64,000 nucleotides of DNA from a bacterium (GTDB lineage Bacteria; Patescibacteriota; Minisyncoccia; Phycocordibacterales; UBA2100): NCBI GenBank assembly GCA_016789445.1, contig JAEUQT010000002.1:8052-72051 (forward strand), given 5' to 3'. Positions 57,365-64,000 of the stretch are shown here, one piece after another. The notes beneath the pieces were generated by a model. The model ran no database searches and was not told the DNA's origin. It saw only the letters and a list, made by a program, of their open reading frames with translations. The position numbers were made by a program, and so were the translations under genes. Every line of letters starts with the position of its first letter. Within the stretch, counting starts at the first letter, position 1.

Positions 57365-58030
57365 ATGGCGCTCTTCATCCTTGCAACGCCGATAGGGAAT
57401 CTCGAGGACATCACCTTGCGCGCACTGCGCACACTCAAGGAGGCGGATGTTATTTACGCGGAAGACACGCGGGTGACGGCAAAGCTCTTGGCAAAATACG
57501 ATATCCAGAAGCCGGTATTCCGTCTTGATGAAGCAAAAGAGGCTATCAAGGCCGCCGAGGTGATTGAGCGCTTGGAGAAGAACGAGAATGTGGTGTACGT
57601 ATCTGACGCAGGAACACCTGGTATATCCGACCCTGGTGCTCGGCTGGTCCGCATCGTGCGTGAAGCAGGGCATTCGGCAATCGCCATCCCCGGACCATCG
57701 GCGCTCACTGCGGCGCTCTCCATCGCGGGGATCTCCGGTCACGAATTCATCTTCCTCGGCTTCCTTCCCCACAAGAAGGGGCGACAGACGGCACTGAAGG
57801 CGATTTCGGAAGAGAAGCGCGCGATCATTCTCTATGAATCGCCGCATCGCATACTGAAGCTCTTGGAAGAGCTTGAGATACTCGGCGATCGCCGCATCCT
57901 TGTGGCGCGGGAACTCACGAAAATCCATGAAGAAGTGGTCTCCGGCAGCGCCTATGAGCTCCGCATGCGGTTGGAAACTTCGGGGACCGCGCGAGGCGAG
58001 TTCGTCGTGATTGTCGACGCAACGGAGTAG
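57365..58030 (+). CDS. rsmI: 16S rRNA (cytidine1402-2-prime-O)-methyltransferase RsmI (tetrapyrrole-methylase fold)
   Basis: L.ATPIGNLEDIT.RAL..L...D.I.AEDTR, SDAGTP.ISDPG, and ESPHR. Confidence 0.8.
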   Translation: MALFILATPIGNLEDITLRALRTLKEADVIYAEDTRVTAKLLAKYDIQKPVFRLDEAKEAIKAAEVIERLEKNENVVYVSDAGTPGISDPGARLVRIVREAGHSAIAIPGPSALTAALSIAGISGHEFIFLGFLPHKKGRQTALKAISEEKRAIILYESPHRILKLLEELEILGDRRILVARELTKIHEEVVSGSAYELRMRLETSGTARGEFVVIVDATE

Positions 58031-58045
58031 GGTATACTTTCCGTC

Positions 58046-58279
58046 ATGACAATCGATGCTTTGATCATGTTCGTGGGTGCGTTTATTGCTACACTGCCAT
58101 TCCTTGGTTTCCCGATCCGCATGGACAACATCATCATGGTCGTCACGGGCATCATCGTGATCTCGCTCGGCATCATCATCCGTCGCCGCGCAGTTGCAGC
58201 TCGTGCACGCGCGAAGCGTGTCCATACGTACGTCGAAAGTGCGCCGCAGGTGCGTGGGGAAGTGCATGAGACGGCCTAG
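58046..58279 (+). CDS. Hypothetical small membrane protein (77 aa, two TM helices)
   Basis: Hydrophobic ORF whose 3-prime end overlaps the next gene start by 14 nt. Confidence 0.4.
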   Translation: MTIDALIMFVGAFIATLPFLGFPIRMDNIIMVVTGIIVISLGIIIRRRAVAARARAKRVHTYVESAPQVRGEVHETA

Positions 58280-59564
58280 AGGGTCAGGGCGCATAATTGC
58301 GCTCGGATTCGTCTGCTTCGTTATCGTCGCGGGCGCTTTTGTTGCGAGCGGCTATGCATCGGGTCTGACCCGAACGATCGCGAATGCCGCATTCGCGGTA
58401 ACTCCGGGGACGATGGTGTATACCCGTGGCGCAAGCACCACGTCGGAAGCGGAACCGATTCCTGCAGCACCGAAGCCGGTCGTGAAGCATGTCCCGACGC
58501 CGGATCCGGTTAAGGCGATCTATATGTCGCAGTGTGTCGTGGGTACCCCGAGTTTCCGCGACTCCTTGGTAAAGCTTGTAGATGAGACCGAGCTTAATGC
58601 GATCGTTATCGACATCCGTGATTACACGGGCGGCATCGCGTTTCCGACGGACCACCCGCTTCTCAAGACAATGGTCTCCGATCAGTGCGGCGCGCGTGAC
58701 ATGAAGGCGTTCATCGAACGATTACACGAGAAAGACATCTATGTGATCGGTCGCATCACGACCTTCCAGAATCCGCTCTATACCAAGATGCACCCCGAAC
58801 AGGCAGTGCAGAGCAAGAAAGGGGGCGTATGGAAGGATCACAAAGGTCTCGCGTTCGTCGATGTGGGTGCAACCGCGTATTGGGAGAGCGTCGTTGCGCT
58901 GGCAAAAGAATCGTACGAGATCGGATTCGATGAGATCAATTTCGACTACATCCGCTATCCATCGGACGGCAATATGCTTGATACCGATTTCATCAAGCGC
59001 GACGGGAAGACGAAGCAGGAGATGCTCGAGGATTTCTATAAGTATCTTGATACCAATATTCCGCAGGAGATCGTTATCTCCGCCGATCTTTTCGGCATGG
59101 TCACGACGAACTATGACGATCTGAATATCGGACAGGTGCTGGAGCGGGCGCTGCCGTATTTCGACTATATCGGCCCTATGGTGTATCCCTCGCATTATCC
59201 GAAGGGATTCAATGGCTGGAACGACGTGAATGCGGTGCCGTATGAGCTCATGAAATATGTGATGGCGAGTGCGGTGAAGCGAACCGAAGCCACGACCACC
59301 TCGATCCCAAGTATGGCCTATACCCGTATCGGCACCTCGACGCCCGCAGTGTATTCCAAGCCTGCGTATGACAAGAAAAAGATGCGTGCCTGGATCCAGG
59401 ATTTCGACTATCCCGTTGAATACACGCCGGCCATGGTGGAAGCCCAGCTACGTGCGAATGCTGAATTAGGCCTCCATTCCTACATGGTATGGGATCCCGG
59501 TAACAAGTATTCGAGCTTGAAACCGGTACTGAAGCCGCAACAGGATCTGGCAGCTTCTCATTAA
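58266..59564 (+). CDS. Membrane-anchored putative glycoside hydrolase (GHL10/DUF4015-like TIM-barrel)
   Basis: Start at MRRPRGSGRIIALGFVCFVIVAGAFVA (TM anchor). The body matches the pattern of hypothetical glycosyl-hydrolase-like family 10 proteins (KAIYMSQCV...NAIVIDI.D..G...IGRI..FQ...W.D.....EIGFDEINFDYIRYP). The tabulated start at 58194 is in a GC-rich upstream extension. Confidence 0.55.
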   Translation: MRRPRGSGRIIALGFVCFVIVAGAFVASGYASGLTRTIANAAFAVTPGTMVYTRGASTTSEAEPIPAAPKPVVKHVPTPDPVKAIYMSQCVVGTPSFRDSLVKLVDETELNAIVIDIRDYTGGIAFPTDHPLLKTMVSDQCGARDMKAFIERLHEKDIYVIGRITTFQNPLYTKMHPEQAVQSKKGGVWKDHKGLAFVDVGATAYWESVVALAKESYEIGFDEINFDYIRYPSDGNMLDTDFIKRDGKTKQEMLEDFYKYLDTNIPQEIVISADLFGMVTTNYDDLNIGQVLERALPYFDYIGPMVYPSHYPKGFNGWNDVNAVPYELMKYVMASAVKRTEATTTSIPSMAYTRIGTSTPAVYSKPAYDKKKMRAWIQDFDYPVEYTPAMVEAQLRANAELGLHSYMVWDPGNKYSSLKPVLKPQQDLAASH

Positions 59565-59584
59565 AAAGCGCTATACTATCGGGA

Positions 59585-61354
59585 ATGCAACCCATCAGGG
59601 ATAGTGGGGCTGATGATGAGCGCCGCATCACGTACTTTGCGACGACCCATACCCGCGGCAAGCGGGAGATGTTCGGCATACGTGCGGTAGATCGCGGTAA
59701 GCACATGTACGTGATCGGGAAAACCGGTATGGGGAAGTCCACCATGCTCGAGAACATGGCGATCCAGGATATCCAGAACGGGGAAGGTATCGCGTATATC
59801 GATCCGCATGGTTCGACGGCGGAGAAACTTTTGGATTTCGTTCCGCATGAACGAATCAAGGATGTGCTCTACTTCGCGCCGTTCGATACCGACTATCCAG
59901 TGGGCTTTAATGTCATGGAAGATGTTGGCTACGACAAGCGTCACCTCGTCGTCTCAGGCCTCATGGGTGCCTTCAAGCGCATCTGGGTCGATGCTTGGTC
60001 GGCACGTATGGAATACATCCTCCAGAACGTCCTCCTCGCGCTTCTCGAGTATCCCGGCTCCACACTCCTCGATGTGAACCGCATGCTCACGAACAAACCC
60101 TTCCGTGCGGCGGTCATCGAAAAGATCACCGACCCCATCGTGAAAGCGTTCTGGACAGAGGAGTTCGCAACCTACACCGATCGCTATACCCAGGAAGCGA
60201 CGCCAGCGATCCAGAACAAGGTGGGTCAATTCGTAGCGAATCCTTTGATCCGCAATATCGTGGGCCAGCCGAAATCGACATTCAACCTGCGTCAGATGAT
60301 GGACGAAAAGAAGATTTTCATCGTGAATCTCTCCAAGGGGCGCATGGGTGAATCGAATGCCGCGCTCTTAGGCTCGATGCTCACGGTGAAGATCTATCTC
60401 GCGGCGATGTCGCGTGCCGATGAGCCGCCCGCACGCATGGCGAAGCTGCCACGCTGCTATTTCTATGTCGATGAGTTCCAGTCGATGATGAATGAGGCGT
60501 TCGCCGACATCCTTTCGGAATCGCGCAAATACAAGCTCGCGCTCACCCTCGCAAACCAGTACATCGAGCAGATGGAGGAGAATGTACGCAATGCGGTCTT
60601 CGGCAACGTGGGAACACTCGTCACGTTCCGCGTGGGACCTTTCGATGCGGAGGTCTTGAAGACGGTTTTCGAACCGACGTTCGAAGCGGAGGATCTCGTC
60701 GGCCTCGGTCTCGGTCAGATCTACCTCACGCTCATGATCGATGGCGTGGGATCGGCGCCATTCTCAGCCGAGACGGTTCCGCCTATCGAGGCGCCGCATG
60801 TTTCGTATCGCGAGGACGTCATTCATCACACGCGCAGCGCACACGCGAAGCACCGTTCGGAAGTCGAGGCCATCATCGGGAAGCGGCAAGAAGAATTTGC
60901 GCCGCCTCCGAAAGCACCACCGCGAGAGCGCGATCGATATCCGCGGGAGAACAATTCTGGTGCAAACGGTAATCACCAGCGAGCACCGCAGCCGCGACGA
61001 GAAGATCGTCCTCGTGACGAGGCTCCGCGCGAACCGCGACCGCAGCAACCACAGCCAGCGCCCGTGGCAGAACAGCGCTCGGCTCTGCGAGATGCGATCG
61101 CATCGGTCCAGAAGAAGCCGGAGGAGGTACCAAGGAGCGACGTTCGTTCGCCAGCAGAAATCATGCGTTCGCGCCTCGCCAAGAAAATGGCACGACATGC
61201 GGGCGATGCACCTCCGGAATTCCCGCGCGCACCGCAGGCTCAGCCACAGCCCGTGCGGCCTCCACGAGTTGAATCTGAGGCGCCCCGAACTCCGCGAGCC
61301 AAGCGCGATGAAATCGCAACCGAAGACCTCAAGAAGATATTGAGCGGGGACTAG
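59585..61354 (+). CDS. P-loop NTPase of the FtsK/HerA/TraD-TrwB (type IV coupling-protein-like, DUF87-like) superfamily with a ~160-aa Pro/Arg/Glu-rich disordered C-terminal tail
   Basis: Walker A VIGKTGMGKST, IDPHGS (resembling the DPKG motif of coupling proteins), Walker B YFYVDEFQ, KYKLALTLANQ. There are no TM segments. The C-terminus from ~aa 430 is low-complexity P/R/E/Q-rich. A TATACT hexamer lies 7 nt upstream of the ATG. Confidence 0.55.
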   Translation: MQPIRDSGADDERRITYFATTHTRGKREMFGIRAVDRGKHMYVIGKTGMGKSTMLENMAIQDIQNGEGIAYIDPHGSTAEKLLDFVPHERIKDVLYFAPFDTDYPVGFNVMEDVGYDKRHLVVSGLMGAFKRIWVDAWSARMEYILQNVLLALLEYPGSTLLDVNRMLTNKPFRAAVIEKITDPIVKAFWTEEFATYTDRYTQEATPAIQNKVGQFVANPLIRNIVGQPKSTFNLRQMMDEKKIFIVNLSKGRMGESNAALLGSMLTVKIYLAAMSRADEPPARMAKLPRCYFYVDEFQSMMNEAFADILSESRKYKLALTLANQYIEQMEENVRNAVFGNVGTLVTFRVGPFDAEVLKTVFEPTFEAEDLVGLGLGQIYLTLMIDGVGSAPFSAETVPPIEAPHVSYREDVIHHTRSAHAKHRSEVEAIIGKRQEEFAPPPKAPPRERDRYPRENNSGANGNHQRAPQPRREDRPRDEAPREPRPQQPQPAPVAEQRSALRDAIASVQKKPEEVPRSDVRSPAEIMRSRLAKKMARHAGDAPPEFPRAPQAQPQPVRPPRVESEAPRTPRAKRDEIATEDLKKILSGD

Positions 61355-61355
61355 T

Positions 61356-62099
61356 ATGCGTATCATTGCGGCACTCATCCTCATGGTGCCGTGTCTCGCG
61401 TCTGCGCAGGTCTCGATAACCGAGATCATGTATGACCTGCACCAAGGTTCGGACAGCGGTCGGGAGTGGATCGAGGTGTATAACAGCGGTACTGCTACCG
61501 TTGATCTTACGAAATGGAAGCTCGTGGAGAGCGGGAAGAATCACAAGATCTCGAAAACGAGAGGGGGTCTTGCTGCGGGTACGTATGCAATTATTGCGGA
61601 CAATCCCACCAAGTTCGCCGTTGATCATCCTGACTACGCAGGCGCGTTGTTCGATAGCGCATTCAGCCTGAGCAATGACGGTGAGATGCTCTTCCTGTAT
61701 GCGCCGGACGATGTTCTTGCAGACGAAGTCGGATTCACCAAAGAAGACGGAGGTAGCGGGACCGGGGACTCCCTGCAGCGCGTGGATCTTGAAGCGCGCG
61801 TCTTCTCTCCGGGGATTCCGACACCGGGAGCATCAATTCCTGAGAGCGGCCTTGCACGAACGCCGCAAGTGTCTAGCGGCTCGGAATCGAAAACGGTCTC
61901 GGCGCCGATTTCAGCGACTCCTATACAAGGTGAGCCAGTGAAGCGCAGTGGACTTCAGATCGCCGCAGCAGGAGGTACTGACGTGCCGGCAATCATGTGG
62001 TGGGGCGCCGTCGTTCTGATCGCACTCTGGGGAGCGGGAGGGATCGTCTATGCACGGCGCTTGCAGGGAACCGAGTGGGAGATCATTGAAGAAAGCTGA
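61356..62099 (+). CDS. Lamin-tail-domain (LTD) protein with a signal peptide and a C-terminal TM anchor
   Basis: Signal peptide MRIIAALILMVPCLASA. The LTD signature ITEIMYD....D.GREWIEVYN.G...VDLT.WKL...G is present, followed by an S/T-rich linker and a C-terminal hydrophobic helix (AIMWWGAVVLIALWGAGGIVYA). Starts 2 nt after the ATPase stop. Confidence 0.6.
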   Translation: MRIIAALILMVPCLASAQVSITEIMYDLHQGSDSGREWIEVYNSGTATVDLTKWKLVESGKNHKISKTRGGLAAGTYAIIADNPTKFAVDHPDYAGALFDSAFSLSNDGEMLFLYAPDDVLADEVGFTKEDGGSGTGDSLQRVDLEARVFSPGIPTPGASIPESGLARTPQVSSGSESKTVSAPISATPIQGEPVKRSGLQIAAAGGTDVPAIMWWGAVVLIALWGAGGIVYARRLQGTEWEIIEES

Positions 62100-62120
62100 A
62101 AAAGGGGCTACTCTGGCGCA

Positions 62121-62972
62121 ATGTCAGAAAAGCTCGCACTGGTGACCGGCGGAGAAGGATTCGTCGGATCGAATCTCGTAAAGCGTCTCGTCTCTGAGGG
62201 CTATCGGGTCATCTCCCTGGATAACCACTCGACGGCTCCTGAAGGGAATCGTATCGATGGTGTCGAATACCGTTCGGGGCATACGAAGGATATCGGTGAA
62301 CTCATCCCTGAGACGCCGGACATCATCTTCCATCTTGCCGAGTACGCGCGTCCGGAGAAGAGCTTCGAGGATATCGCGATGGTATGGGATCTGAATATGG
62401 TCGGCACTTTTTCGGTCTTGGAGTTCTGGCGGACCCGCAAGTGCAAGCTGGTGTACGCAGGATCATCGACGAAGTTCGCCGACGGCGGCCTTGGTCGCGA
62501 CCAGAGTCCGTATGCGTGGACGAAGGCGGCGAATACGGAACTGGTACGCAATTACGGCGCATGGTTCGGCCTGCAGTACGCGATCACGTATTTCTATAAC
62601 GTATATGGCCCGGGCGAGCGTGCGGGCAGGTACGGCACGGTGATCGAGATCTTCCGTCAGAAGAAAGAAAAAGGAGAGCCGCTGCAGGTCACATCTCCGG
62701 GAACGCAGCGTCGCAATTTCACGCATATCGATGATATCGTCGATGGGCTTCTCTTGGTCGGCGAAAAAGGTGAGGGAGATGAGTACGGTTTAGGCAATGA
62801 GAAAGATTATTCGATCCTGGAGATTGCCGAACTTTTCGGTGGTCCCGTCGAGATGAAGCCGGAAGTTCCGGGGAATCGCATGAAGGGGATTGTCGACACC
62901 GCAAAGACCAGTGAGCTTGGTTGGAAGGCTACGCGTTCGGTAGAGGAGTACATCCGCTCGGTTATTACATGA
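62121..62972 (+). CDS. NAD-dependent epimerase/dehydratase (SDR family)
   Basis: VTGGEGFVGSNL Rossmann motif and YxxxK (SPYAWTKAAN). Confidence 0.8.
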   Translation: MSEKLALVTGGEGFVGSNLVKRLVSEGYRVISLDNHSTAPEGNRIDGVEYRSGHTKDIGELIPETPDIIFHLAEYARPEKSFEDIAMVWDLNMVGTFSVLEFWRTRKCKLVYAGSSTKFADGGLGRDQSPYAWTKAANTELVRNYGAWFGLQYAITYFYNVYGPGERAGRYGTVIEIFRQKKEKGEPLQVTSPGTQRRNFTHIDDIVDGLLLVGEKGEGDEYGLGNEKDYSILEIAELFGGPVEMKPEVPGNRMKGIVDTAKTSELGWKATRSVEEYIRSVIT

Positions 62973-64000
62973 AGAAGATCCTCATTTTCTCGCTTGCGTA
63001 CTTTCCGAGACATATCGGCGGCGCGGAGATCGCCATCAAGGAGATCACTGATCGTATCAAACCATCGGATATCGAATTCCATCTGATTACGCAGCGCTTC
63101 GATGAATCACTCCCGCTCGAGGAGCGCATCGGTACCGTGCAGGTCTATCGCATCGGGAACGGCGCATCGTATCTCGCCAAGATTTTATTCGTGCTGCGCG
63201 CTGCTGCGCTCGGCGCGAAGCTGCATCGCACACATCATTTCGATACTGCCTGGGCGATGATGAGCTACATGGTGTTTCCTGTGCTGCTTATGCGCCTGTG
63301 GGGAATCCGTCTGCCGTATGTCCTCACGCTGCAGGAAGGAGACCCGTTCGAGCATGTCTTCGGGCGCTGGCATATCCGACTCCTTATGCCGCTTCTGAAA
63401 AAAGGTTTTCGCGAGGCGAGTGTGGTACAGACGATCTCGACCTTCCTTGCCCAATGGGCCCGTTCCGCGGGATTCCGCGGGCCGCTCTATGTCGTGCCAA
63501 ACGGTGTCGATACGGCACACTTTTCCCAGGAACATCCTCAGTCGGTGATCGATGAAATCAAGGATTCTCTCGGCAAGCGAATGGGCGATGTGTTCCTTAT
63601 CACTACGTCGCGTCTCGTCCATAAGAATGCGATCGATGACGTGATCCGTGCACTTACGAAGCTCCCGGCGAATGTTCGATTCATGGTGCTCGGGACCGGT
63701 AATGATGAGACGATGCTTCGCGCTCTCGCGAAGAAAGAAGGTGTCGTTGATCGTGTCGAATTCCTCGGACAGATCTCGCATGCAGAAATGCCCAAATATT
63801 TGAAGGCAAGCGATATCTTCATCCGCCCCAGCCGCTCGGAAGGTATGGGGAATTCGTTCGTTGAAGCGATGGCCGCAGGTTTACCGGTTATCGCGACCCA
63901 GGAAGGGGGACTTGCGGATTTCCTCTTCGATGCGAAGCGTAATCCCGATCAGCCGGTCACGGGATGGGCGGTCGATAAGGATTCGCCGGACCAAATCGTG
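62969..64000 (+). CDS. Glycosyltransferase family 4 (partial, continues beyond window end)
   Basis: GT-B N-terminal domain and the start of the C-terminal E.G.P..V..A..GGL motif region (EGMGNSFVEAMAAGLPVIAT). 4-nt overlap with the upstream gene. Confidence 0.8.
   Translation, partial: MKKILIFSLAYFPRHIGGAEIAIKEITDRIKPSDIEFHLITQRFDESLPLEERIGTVQVYRIGNGASYLAKILFVLRAAALGAKLHRTHHFDTAWAMMSYMVFPVLLMRLWGIRLPYVLTLQEGDPFEHVFGRWHIRLLMPLLKKGFREASVVQTISTFLAQWARSAGFRGPLYVVPNGVDTAHFSQEHPQSVIDEIKDSLGKRMGDVFLITTSRLVHKNAIDDVIRALTKLPANVRFMVLGTGNDETMLRALAKKEGVVDRVEFLGQISHAEMPKYLKASDIFIRPSRSEGMGNSFVEAMAAGLPVIATQEGGLADFLFDAKRNPDQPVTGWAVDKDSPDQIV

Noticed and set aside
54721-58294. Series of long minus-strand ORFs (54721-55584, 55965-56744, 57359-58294) antisense to murD/murC/rsmI
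   Set aside because: All lie opposite strongly supported mur-ligase and rsmI genes and have Arg/His-rich shadow-ORF composition.

Overview
This is a dense, mostly housekeeping chromosomal window from a GC-rich (~58%) bacterium with small proteins. Several 16S features suggest a CPR/Patescibacteria-like organism, but this is inference and needs a database search: CAGCAGGAGCGGTAA instead of CAGCAGCCGCGGTAA at the 515 region, GGCTGCAG at the 338 region, and 16S unlinked from 23S-5S.

Supported content, start to end:
- tRNA-His, followed 118 nt later by a duplicated copy of its 3-prime end.
- secE-nusG-rplK from a clear TTGACT-N17-TATCAT promoter. There is no rplA and no rpoBC; argS follows instead.
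- A DUF1653 protein and a PIF1-like helicase.
- ileS carrying a complete histidine-phosphatase (PGAM-like) domain inserted after the PIPIW motif.
- recO, a repeated-domain surface protein, glyQS, an AI-2E transporter, metG-tatD and rpsF-ssb-rpsR.
- efp, recA, an exported protein and ftsK on the minus strand.
- A highly codon-biased S-layer-like surface protein behind a 620-bp leader.
- A secreted GxSxG lipase whose 3-prime half is markedly AT-rich.
- rplJ-rplL with an L10-leader-like structure and a diverged echo of the rplL 3-prime end.
- A pseudo-receiver and a wHTH-nucleotidyltransferase-like gene pair, and a TM-helix-repeat protein.
- A 23S-5S rRNA operon with a TTGACG-N17-TATACT promoter.
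- rodA/ftsW and a glycosyltransferase/sugar-transferase/epimerase cluster, then folD and secDF.
- A separately located 16S rRNA with a near-identical promoter and a non-canonical 3-prime tail, then an isolated tRNA-Ile(GAU).
- murA, a LamG-domain secreted protein, an aminotransferase and murI-murD-murC-rsmI; murI is preceded by a synonymously diverged echo of its own 5-prime end.
- A GHL10-like hydrolase, a TraD/TrwB/HerA-like P-loop ATPase with a long Pro/Arg-rich tail next to a lamin-tail-domain protein, and a further epimerase and glycosyltransferase.

Genome-wide in this window, many genes begin 6-9 nt downstream of a -10-like (often TGn-extended) hexamer, which suggests mostly leaderless mRNAs. 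Long antisense ORFs in the six-frame track are GC-rich shadow ORFs and are not called.
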